Below, in pieces: positions 26,094 through 33,502 of a stretch of DNA of 46,182 nucleotides (position 1 is the stretch's first letter; every line of letters starts with the position of its first letter). The notes under the pieces are model-generated. The model ran no database searches, was not told where the DNA came from, and was given only the letters and a program-made list of their open reading frames with translations. This DNA is from a virus (lineage: Duplodnaviria > Caudoviricetes): positions 1 through 46,182 of IMG/VR virus record IMGVR_UViG_3300011438_000016. One strand, 5' to 3'. The position numbers were made by a program, and so were the translations under genes.

Positions 26094-26802
26094 GTGCCAG
26101 GTGCTTAGTGACCTTCATTTAGAGCACTACGGCGACTCTAAGTCCTTCGTCAATAACCTCCCCGTAGCTGCGCCTAACCTAATCCTCGCGGGGGACGTGG
26201 TTAGCTTCTACGGTCCTCAGGCCAAGTGGACCAAGAAAATGCTCACCTTGTTCTGCGAGCGCTGGGACACGGTCTACTACATCCCAGGCAACCACGAGTT
26301 CTACGGGACCTCGCTCGAGGATGGCATGGCTCGTTTTAAGCGCCTTAAGCCTGTGAAGCTTAACTATCTCGGGGGCAGCAGGGCCTTTGACCTGGAGGGG
26401 CTGAGCATCTGGGGCGACACTATGTGGTTCCCGGACCTGGGCAGGCAGGGCACTCCGATCAATGACTTCTACCAGATTAGGAACTTCGGCGCGGAGTACA
26501 ACGCGGCTCACCAGACCTTCAAGGCTCAGCTCAGGGCAATTAAGCCGGACATCGTAGTCACCCACCACCTGCCTAGCTTTAAGTCAGTGAATGGACGGTA
26601 CGTCGGGGACTCTACTAATTGGTGCTACGTGGCGGACATGGAGTCTTATATCCTAGAGCACGAGCCTAAGCTCTGGGTCCACGGCCACACCCATGACCCC
26701 TGTGACTACGTGCTGGGTAAGACGCGCGTCGTGGCCAACCCCTCTGGCTACCCTCACGACTACAACGATAAGTTTAAAGCAGACCTGGTGGTGGAGCTGT
26801 GA
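26086..26802 (+). CDS. Calcineurin-like metallophosphoesterase
   Basis: SDLH, LAGD, PGNHE, THHLP, HGHTH. Confidence 0.92.
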   Translation: MIRCQVLSDLHLEHYGDSKSFVNNLPVAAPNLILAGDVVSFYGPQAKWTKKMLTLFCERWDTVYYIPGNHEFYGTSLEDGMARFKRLKPVKLNYLGGSRAFDLEGLSIWGDTMWFPDLGRQGTPINDFYQIRNFGAEYNAAHQTFKAQLRAIKPDIVVTHHLPSFKSVNGRYVGDSTNWCYVADMESYILEHEPKLWVHGHTHDPCDYVLGKTRVVANPSGYPHDYNDKFKADLVVEL

Positions 26803-27068
26803 GTGCCTTAGAGACTAGATGGTGGGCGGAGTGCGGCGCGGAGTGTGAACTAAGCGCTTGGGAGCACATAGGCGCGTATTTATGGAACACACAGACCTGC
26901 AACCAAGCGGTGGGGACTGGTGTAATGTATGGTGTCCATGCTCTAAGATTTTTAGTTGCTGGCGATGGGTCATGGGTCGGTTGCGGAGATTGCAGGGCAG
27001 ATTACCGTGAGCGAGGTCTCTTCCTACTAGCGGACCAGAGCGCCAGGATCGGGTTCGGCGCATGCTAG
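26799..27068 (+). CDS. Cys-rich hypothetical protein
   Basis: GTGA coupling. Confidence 0.5.
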   Translation: MSALETRWWAECGAECELSAWEHIGAYLWNTQTCNQAVGTGVMYGVHALRFLVAGDGSWVGCGDCRADYRERGLFLLADQSARIGFGAC

Positions 27069-27508
27069 ACCTCGCTCTATGCCGCGCTAAGGCCTACTCC
27101 GTCGCTAGGACCATGCTCCACGATGACGCCCTGGCTGAAGAGTTCGCGCAGGATGTGGTCCTCTACGTATGGCAGCACCAAGACTCCATTACGTCCCCGG
27201 ATGCCATAGCTATCTACCTGGCTCGGCTCTGCGTCCTACGACACTGGAAAAAGACGCGGCGGGTCTATACCTCACTCGGGACTGAAGTATCCCCATCCCC
27301 TGAAGTATTGCTCCTTGACAAAGAGCTAGGTCAGCGGATCAGCGAGGCCTGCGGTGACCTCAGTGAGGCTCAAATGGATGTCTTCAGGCTCAATGATGTC
27401 ATGGAATACAGTCACGAAGAGGTTGCGGAGGAGCTGGGCATCACAGTCCAGGCGTCACGCAATCGGCTCCATCGGGCCAGAGGGATACTCCGGGAGGCGT
27501 TGTCTTGA
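27062..27508 (+). CDS. ECF-type sigma factor
   Basis: AEEFAQDVVLYVW (region 2), LSEAQMDVFRL...YSHEEVAEELGIT...RNRLHRAR (region 4). Confidence 0.85.
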   Translation: MLDLALCRAKAYSVARTMLHDDALAEEFAQDVVLYVWQHQDSITSPDAIAIYLARLCVLRHWKKTRRVYTSLGTEVSPSPEVLLLDKELGQRISEACGDLSEAQMDVFRLNDVMEYSHEEVAEELGITVQASRNRLHRARGILREALS

Positions 27509-27595
27509 CCCAACTGGCTACCGAAACGGTTGTACTTTGAAAAACCCCCCTAGAAATACCCTGTATCTCAACGGTATTTCTTTTGTACTACGTAA

Positions 27596-27641
27596 CTAGG
27601 GATTATGAGACCCTCGCTCTGACCAACTGAGCTACGTCACC
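27596..27641 (-). pseudogene. 5' half of tRNA-Met(CAT) (attP identity block)
   Basis: GGTGACG-TA-GCTC-AGTTGGTCA-GAGC-G-AGGGT-CTCATAA-TCCCT-AG, then no T arm or acceptor 3' strand. Confidence 0.85.
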
Positions 27642-27692
27642 CAATTACTAGATATTCTTGGATGTGGGTCTAGTAAGCATTTTCCGGACCAC

Positions 27693-27742
27693 TAGCACAG
27701 AATGGCTACAGATAGCACAGATTGGCTATAAAATTGGCTACA
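27693..27742 (+). repeat. Tandem 20-bp-period repeats (putative Int arm sites)
   Basis: TAGCACAGAATGGCTACA, TAGCACAGATTGGCTATA, ATTGGCTACA; another TGGCTAC at 27515-27521. Confidence 0.75.
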
Positions 27743-28178
27743 CCACGGGGCTTGACTCGTCCCTGACCATGGACCCGGGGATGCCGTAGACTTTCCTATC
27801 GTCTCCATCAGCATCCGTAATAGTGCCCATTGGCTTTGCGCCGATGCTTGCCAAAAGCGGATGGATGTGCGTGGCCACGACCCCGACGCGTTGGGCGATC
27901 TCCGCGGTGGTCTTCGGACCCTCAGAGGTCAAGAGAGCGCGGACAGCTCCGGCCTTCGACGGTCCCTGGCTTGGCCCTGTGGCTGGGCGCCCGCGGGGTT
28001 TCTTGGGCGCGGGGATAGAGACGCGCGGCTTGCTGGGCACGAGGGCTTTTATGGTCGCTGCAATAGACGGCTGTGGAATTAAAAACTCGCTCATTAGGAC
28101 CTCCGCAACACGTTCGTAGGTAGCAGGGGGAAGATCAGCCAGCTTTTGTAGCACGTGGATAATTATTCTTTGGTTCAT
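27738..28178 (-). CDS. DNA-binding protein (AT-hook plus winged HTH), repressor candidate
   Basis: KKPRGRP; VRALLTSEGPKTTAEIAQRVGV; GGAG RBS. Confidence 0.65.
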   Translation of the reverse strand: MNQRIIIHVLQKLADLPPATYERVAEVLMSEFLIPQPSIAATIKALVPSKPRVSIPAPKKPRGRPATGPSQGPSKAGAVRALLTSEGPKTTAEIAQRVGVVATHIHPLLASIGAKPMGTITDADGDDRKVYGIPGSMVRDESSPVV

Positions 28179-28264
28179 TAGGCATCACTCTCCGATGTGG
28201 GTGTCGGGAGTATATACCAATATGTCGATACGGATTGCAACTGCTAGATATCTAATGCACCAAA

Positions 28265-29557
28265 TCAGGCGTCCTGCACCGTGAACAGGAAAAAATAGCT
28301 GACCGTACCTACCGTGGAGTTCGTTAGGTTCCGAATGGCGATGCCCTTGTTCTGCCGCGAAGTCAGTCCACGTGTGCCCGGGGCCGCCTCATAAAGTACG
28401 ATGCTACCGAACGTCCCCGCGTCTTCAGCCATCCCCGCGCCTATTTTCGGCTCCTCGCTGGTCGCGGTGAAGCGCTTGATAATGTGGTTCTCAACGATCC
28501 CGGTATCATTGTGCGAACAGGTGATCCCCGCGGCCAAGGGGTCTGATGGGTCTTCTGCGAAAGGGGTTATAACCGTACCCGCGACGGTAAAGTCGATCTT
28601 GGTCAGGTACTGATCGAGGACGACCCCGGTTACTGACGATGCGCCTCTGAACATTACTTCAATGCGTTTGAAAACGATCTTCTTTACGGCGCTCGTGTTA
28701 AAGACCACCGCCATGTACTTGTTCGTAGCGGGTACAATCCGGTCGAAATGGGCGTAGAAGGTGATGTCTGTGCGGTCCGTGGTGACCAGTGGACTGGCTC
28801 TAAGCTGAGTATCCGTCAGAGGCCCAGACACTGGCACCGCGGTTGCCCGGAGCTGGGTATCGGTTAAAGGCCCTGTTGCTGTCACCGTCCCCGAAACCGG
28901 CTGCGTAGCCTGGAAAAAAGTCCCGCTAACAGGCACCGCCACAGCGCGGAGCTGGGTATCAGTAAGCGGACCCGTCGCGGTAACGGTACCACTAATAGGC
29001 TGAGTGGCTGGGAAGTTACTGACCGACGCGGTGACCGTGCCGCTGATTGGCTGAGTAACTGGGAGATTAGATACTGATACTGTGCCGGAGATCGGCTGGG
29101 TAGCGGGATAGAAGGCCCCAGATACCGGAACGGCTACAGCTCGGAGTTGGGTATCCGTGAGAGGCCCAGTCACTGTAACAGTGCCAGAGACAGGCTGAGT
29201 AGCTGGGAAGTTCGATACCGCCGCAGTAACTGAGCCGCTGATGGGCACCGGCGCCGTACGCAGCTCTGTATTCGTAAGGCCGGTGCTATTTATATTAGAG
29301 GTATTAGATCTAATGTCTTGGAGTAGGGTTTCTACGTCCGTTAAATCTATAGCTCCAGCTGCGGCTTGCGTGGCCCAGTATTCCCCCTGACTTGCGCCTA
29401 GCACAGTGCCGTGGACATCGACACCAGGAAGACTTGCTTTGATGCTCTCTAGTGCCGCCTGCGCTATCTCCGCGGTCGCAAACCCCGACATGTAGGAGCA
29501 GGAGTTAGCCTTATTGGTGCGGCCTTCGATAAAGACGACCAGCGAATACGAGGCCAT
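28265..29557 (-). CDS. Repeat-rich fibre-like virion protein
   Basis: 5x TQP(V/I)SGTV and 4x PLTDTQLRA; downstream of late promoter. Confidence 0.7.
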   Translation of the reverse strand: MASYSLVVFIEGRTNKANSCSYMSGFATAEIAQAALESIKASLPGVDVHGTVLGASQGEYWATQAAAGAIDLTDVETLLQDIRSNTSNINSTGLTNTELRTAPVPISGSVTAAVSNFPATQPVSGTVTVTGPLTDTQLRAVAVPVSGAFYPATQPISGTVSVSNLPVTQPISGTVTASVSNFPATQPISGTVTATGPLTDTQLRAVAVPVSGTFFQATQPVSGTVTATGPLTDTQLRATAVPVSGPLTDTQLRASPLVTTDRTDITFYAHFDRIVPATNKYMAVVFNTSAVKKIVFKRIEVMFRGASSVTGVVLDQYLTKIDFTVAGTVITPFAEDPSDPLAAGITCSHNDTGIVENHIIKRFTATSEEPKIGAGMAEDAGTFGSIVLYEAAPGTRGLTSRQNKGIAIRNLTNSTVGTVSYFFLFTVQDA

Positions 29558-29560
29558 GGA

Positions 29561-30193
29561 TCATTTATCCGATGCACCCATTGATAGGGCCTCGTCCGCG
29601 GATACCCAACGGTCTCGGTCACTAATCCAGGCCATGTACTGAGCGGCGGTCATACGTAAATGCGGCGCGACCAAGATAGCCATGCGCTTATTCGTGTCTG
29701 CCAAGGAATCCGCGGCTCGCCTAAGGTCGCCTTCTTTACCGCCGACCTCAGCGAACCCGGGCTCGTGGAAGAGCAGGGCGGCGTCGGGGGCCATTTCTCT
29801 TATGTCGCAGGAGGTCTCGAAGATCACCGCGGCAGCAGAGGCGGCCATGCCATCAACGCGGCAGTGAATCTTCATACCTCCAGCCCTAGCCTCCTTCATT
29901 TGGCTCATGATACGGAGCATCGTACCTACAGAGCCGCCTGGGGAGTCAATGTCCACGATAACCAGGGACTCTTTAGCCTCTACCGCGACGGCCAGCTCTG
30001 TACGGAATTTAATGGTTTCAATGAAACCAATAGGCCCCAGCTCAATATGCCTGGTAGGCGAAGGGGCGGTAACGGCGGCGACCTTATTACTGAGATCGCA
30101 AAAGTTTCTCCGGCAGCTAGGAGAGGTTGTTTCTGGGGCTGCAGCGGTAGTAGCGCATCCCAAGGAGAGGGTCAGTAGAAGGTGTCGTAGCAT
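29561..30193 (-). CDS. ClpP-fold serine protease with lipoprotein-like signal
   Basis: IDSPGGSV, GMAASAA, LLFHEP, DRWVSADEALSMG; MLRHLLLTLSLG-C. Confidence 0.85.
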   Translation of the reverse strand: MLRHLLLTLSLGCATTAAAPETTSPSCRRNFCDLSNKVAAVTAPSPTRHIELGPIGFIETIKFRTELAVAVEAKESLVIVDIDSPGGSVGTMLRIMSQMKEARAGGMKIHCRVDGMAASAAAVIFETSCDIREMAPDAALLFHEPGFAEVGGKEGDLRRAADSLADTNKRMAILVAPHLRMTAAQYMAWISDRDRWVSADEALSMGASDK

Positions 30194-30200
30194 CCATAGA

Positions 30201-30215
30201 TACTTATTATTACTT
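30201..30215 (-). promoter_or_regulatory. Putative late promoter AAGTAATAATAAGTA
   Basis: 7 nt upstream of ATG 30193. Confidence 0.7.
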
Positions 30216-30303
30216 GAGGTCTGGATCTCTAAAAATAAACCACAGACTTATGAGAATGAACCCTGTGATAACACAGGACATTAGGGGCACTGGGGCGGCG
30301 GAG

Positions 30304-31041
30304 TCACTTAAAGATAACAAACTTAGGACCGTCTTCATCGATTACCCCCAATCCCTGAGTCCAGCCGTGGATCTTCTTCTGATAACGATAACGGAAGCAG
30401 GTCTGATCTGGGTCTCCGCCGTACCCCGCGTTAAGCTCGAAGTAGAGACCGTCGCGGTTTTGGTAGTAGACGACGCCGCCAGTGTGCAGGTGTCCTACGA
30501 CCGTGGGGGCCTGGTTGTAGCGAGCGTGGTCACCGTGTCGCTTATGACCGTGGTGCAGAAAGACCCTACCCAGGAGCAGCTCGTCCTTCTCGTCAACGCG
30601 ACACTCAACGCCGTCGTAGGTATGCTGAGCTTCCCAGTCGATAAGGTCTTCGGCCTCGGGGATGGCATCAAGGATACGCTTAAGAGGGCGGACATCATGG
30701 TTACCTAGGAGCTGATATCGCTTAGCCTTGGGAGCCGCCGCAACTACCTCAGCCCAGAAATCTTCGAGTTTATTTCTACCTTCGTTGATTTCCTGCTTGG
30801 GGGTCATTACTGAGTGGGAACGAGAAAACTTGGAGAAGCAATAATAGTCTCTAGAATCCCCCATCTGAACCACGTAGGCAGGCTGACGGTCCTTGATTTG
30901 CTTAATGACCCATTTCTTCCAAGGAGCGGAGGCCCAAGGTTCATGCATATCGCCTATTGCTACTACCGCGCCGGGCAGTTTAAGGTCATCGAGGACTGGG
31001 GCTTGACTGACTCGCCCACTACGCTTAGTATGTGTTCCCAG
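30304..31041 (-). CDS. Calcineurin-like metallophosphoesterase with CTG start
   Basis: VAIGDMH, QMGD, LGNHD, HHGH, GHLH; AAGGAG RBS 6 nt before in-frame CTG 31041. Confidence 0.85.
   Translation of the reverse strand: MGTHTKRSGRVSQAPVLDDLKLPGAVVAIGDMHEPWASAPWKKWVIKQIKDRQPAYVVQMGDSRDYYCFSKFSRSHSVMTPKQEINEGRNKLEDFWAEVVAAAPKAKRYQLLGNHDVRPLKRILDAIPEAEDLIDWEAQHTYDGVECRVDEKDELLLGRVFLHHGHKRHGDHARYNQAPTVVGHLHTGGVVYYQNRDGLYFELNAGYGGDPDQTCFRYRYQKKIHGWTQGLGVIDEDGPKFVIFK
31003..31031 (+). promoter_or_regulatory. sigma70 promoter for Fis-HTH operon
   Basis: TTGACT-17 nt-TAGTAT. Confidence 0.65.
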
Positions 31042-31067
31042 GTGCTACTCCTTGGTTACTTAAGCAT

Positions 31068-31083
31068 AGCAACCGTCGTGCCA
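31068..31083 (-). promoter_or_regulatory. sigma54 promoter for phosphoesterase
   Basis: Full consensus TGGCACG-ACGG-TTGCT; predicted +1 ~31057 just upstream of AAGGAG. Confidence 0.8.
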
Positions 31084-31107
31084 ACCCGCAACTGAAAGGT
31101 AAAAATC

Positions 31108-31386
31108 ATGTACCGATATACTCCATTCACCTATCTTGCTAACGAGAAGCCGGAACTTGCAAAGGAGCTTTTGCTCGACGCGATGATGGAAGCGAAGGGC
31201 AATGCCTCGAAGGCCTACGTCAAAGCCGGCCTCAGCTCGTTTAGCTGGTACCGATACCTCCGCATCCTCGGTATCCAGGAGACGATGGCTTCGATCCGCG
31301 AGTCCTTCAAAGCCGGAGCGGCGGAGCGAGGACAGCGCTACAGTGACTCAGCTCCAGAGGTCAGAGCCGAGTCGGTGTTCAAATGA
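31108..31386 (+). CDS. Stand-alone Fis/NtrC-type HTH protein
   Basis: LLLDAMMEAKGNASKAYVKAGLSSFSWYRYLRILGI resembles the Fis-family HTH. Confidence 0.7.
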   Translation: MYRYTPFTYLANEKPELAKELLLDAMMEAKGNASKAYVKAGLSSFSWYRYLRILGIQETMASIRESFKAGAAERGQRYSDSAPEVRAESVFK

Positions 31387-31631
31387 CAGCGCACACGAAA
31401 GAGCCTTGGACGAGAATGCTGGACGTTGAAGTTACAACGTTGAATGATGGGCGCTACGTTCGACTATTCAACACACCTACGCCCGACGATGCCCGTCGTA
31501 TCGTGGCTTGTGTCAACGCCTGCGCAGGGCTGAGTACGGAGGGGCTTGAAGCGTCGGCTCGGTTCACCTCCCCAAACGAGCGCCTGATGAAGCTCTATGA
31601 AACGATTGACGCCGTGTTGAGCGGGAAATGA
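31383..31631 (+). CDS. HTKEPW...ARRIVACVNAC family protein
   Basis: Paralogue of the 24509 ORF; ATGA coupling. Confidence 0.75.
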   Translation: MTAHTKEPWTRMLDVEVTTLNDGRYVRLFNTPTPDDARRIVACVNACAGLSTEGLEASARFTSPNERLMKLYETIDAVLSGK

Positions 31632-31801
31632 TGCTTTTCCTAGGACTGCTGTTTCTTTTTGCGGCGGGGTTTATTGGGGTTGTTTTTCTCGAGGCGGCTT
31701 CCCTGCCAAAGCTTAAGCTCCTTGTGAGCAAAGACGGCAAGCCTGACCCCAGCCTCCCGAGCGAAAGCAATCAACAAAGTACGCATAACCGGCTTCAGTA
31801 G
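31628..31801 (+). CDS. Small membrane protein (57 aa, not in track)
   Basis: MMLFLGLLFLFAAGFIGVVFLE...; ATGA coupling. Confidence 0.5.
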   Translation: MMLFLGLLFLFAAGFIGVVFLEAASLPKLKLLVSKDGKPDPSLPSESNQQSTHNRLQ

Positions 31802-31827
31802 ACGACCCATCTTAAGTATATAACGGT

Positions 31828-32259
31828 CTACGGCCTAAGAAACAAGGCTCGTTCGCGCTGTCGTCGCTTAAGGAGTCCAGGAGAGTCTTTACCTGCGACC
31901 TTACGCCACATAAGGAAGGCGTCGGCAGCTTCGTCGAAGTGCTTTTTATTCAGCTCGCGGAGGACTGTAGATTTAGCGAAGGCGCTGGTGCCGATGTTGT
32001 AGGCTAGGCTAACAAGGGCGCCCATCTGATTGTCTGATACTTCGACTCTAACTAGGTCTTCAATAACATCGAGTAGGGGAGTGACGTAGTGGACTAGGCT
32101 CTCGTCTGCCTGCTCCTGAGTCCAAACGGTATCCTTGGTTACATGGCGTCCGGTTTGCCCGTATCCCACAGTCCAGATTCCACCCTCGTCTAAGTAGGCT
32201 TTGAGCTTGCAGCCCTCCGCAGCTTTAATAAAGTCCAGGGCTATGTCTAGCGCGGACAT
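31828..32259 (-). CDS. Endolysin, GH24 phage lysozyme
   Basis: EGCKLKAYLD...WTVGYGQT, ALVSLAYNIG, GLLKRRQRERALF. Confidence 0.95.
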   Translation of the reverse strand: MSALDIALDFIKAAEGCKLKAYLDEGGIWTVGYGQTGRHVTKDTVWTQEQADESLVHYVTPLLDVIEDLVRVEVSDNQMGALVSLAYNIGTSAFAKSTVLRELNKKHFDEAADAFLMWRKVAGKDSPGLLKRRQRERALFLRP

Positions 32260-32526
32260 TTAGAGGTGCCCGGCGAGCTTGAGAATGGTAGCCAGGATGC
32301 CTAGGATGGTAGCGGTGCCTGCGCCGATCATCGCTCCTGCCTTCAGTAGCCCCGTGAAAACAGCAGCGTGGGTCTCGAGGGGTTTGACGCGGGACTCAAG
32401 ATGCTCAGTCCTTCGCATGTGTTCTTCGAGAGCGGCCGTATTGAGCGCAAGGGTGGTATTGATTTCTCCTACATCTGTGGTAAGCTTCTCAAGCTTCTCC
32501 CTCAACCAAAGTTTATCACTATCCAT
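32260..32526 (-). CDS. Holin-like membrane protein
   Basis: Coiled coil plus C-terminal TM, directly upstream of endolysin; GAGGT RBS. Confidence 0.6.
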   Translation of the reverse strand: MDSDKLWLREKLEKLTTDVGEINTTLALNTAALEEHMRRTEHLESRVKPLETHAAVFTGLLKAGAMIGAGTATILGILATILKLAGHL

Positions 32527-32629
32527 ATGATCACTTACCTCTGCCCCGAATGCGAAAATGAAACCCCTCGCACCGATCCTTCTGAGCACTTAGTGCTTAC
32601 AATTATCCTTAAACCTTGCGCTAAACACG

Positions 32630-33502
32630 CTAGTCTGTTTTCAAAGTCTTCAGCTTCTCCAAAAGCTCCTGCACCAAATCCGAACGCCCCGAAGACGTAG
32701 CATTCCCGTACAGGGGCTTTAGGGCGCCTGAGTCAATGTCCACGTCGTAGTCCCTAACGGGCATCGCGCGGTTAGCTTCGACCTGCATTTTCCCCTTGGC
32801 CAGCCGGGCATTCTGCAGCGCCTCTGCCATTGGGTCATGTGGCGGCGCGTCCAGCTCAGGGTCAAACTTCAGCCCCCCGGTTCGCTTGGAGATCGCCTTG
32901 CTCTGCATCTTAGAGATCAGCTCTTTAATAGCCTTACTCTTAAGCGCCGCGTTCAGCCCGCCGCGGAGGACTCCGGAAGCCAGCCCCGAGACTCCGCCCC
33001 CGATGGCTGTATCAATAGCCAGGTCCTCGAGGTTCCGCCCCCGCGAGTGCCCCAGCCCTGAGACTGCGCCCGTGGGTATCGCTGCAACCACGGCTTCTTT
33101 AACACCCATGCCCAGCGGACTCGAAGCCAGCTTAGAGGCGAACCCGATGTCCTTAGCTGCCATGCCCGCCGCCTTAGCAGGGGCTCCTGCCATCATAAGA
33201 GGTGCGGACGAAGCAAATTCCACCGCACCGGCGCGCGCCGGCTCTTTCTCGTATTCCTTGGCCAAGATGTCGCGGTTCTCGAAGCGGGCCTGCTTATAGG
33301 TATCGTCGAAGTCCTTCTGCGCGGCCATGGGACTATCATGGGGCTTGAAACCCGTGGCCATAGCCTGGAGCCCAGCTCCTATTTCATCGCCGAAGCCTCC
33401 GGGGCCTTGCGCAATGGCCTCAGTTCTCCCGCGGATGTCTTCGTCCGACGCGGTGGGCGTAGGTGCAAGAAGCTCTCTAAGTCGCGCAAATCTACTGGCC
33501 AT
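32630..33502 (-). CDS. Putative internal virion protein
   Basis: Ala/Gly-rich helical; GFGDEIGAG motif; ejection-protein cluster. Confidence 0.65.
   Translation of the reverse strand: MASRFARLRELLAPTPTASDEDIRGRTEAIAQGPGGFGDEIGAGLQAMATGFKPHDSPMAAQKDFDDTYKQARFENRDILAKEYEKEPARAGAVEFASSAPLMMAGAPAKAAGMAAKDIGFASKLASSPLGMGVKEAVVAAIPTGAVSGLGHSRGRNLEDLAIDTAIGGGVSGLASGVLRGGLNAALKSKAIKELISKMQSKAISKRTGGLKFDPELDAPPHDPMAEALQNARLAKGKMQVEANRAMPVRDYDVDIDSGALKPLYGNATSSGRSDLVQELLEKLKTLKTD

Larger units (their letters stand above)
27510..27742. other. attP region: tRNA fragment core plus arm-type repeats
   Basis: Intergenic between convergent genes; tRNA half at 27596-27641; TGGCTAY repeats on both sides. Confidence 0.75.

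Noticed and set aside
27693-27742. Mini CRISPR array
   Set aside because: Repeats are tandem without unique spacers; the PD-(D/E)XK nuclease is an ordinary phage replication gene and no cas operon is present
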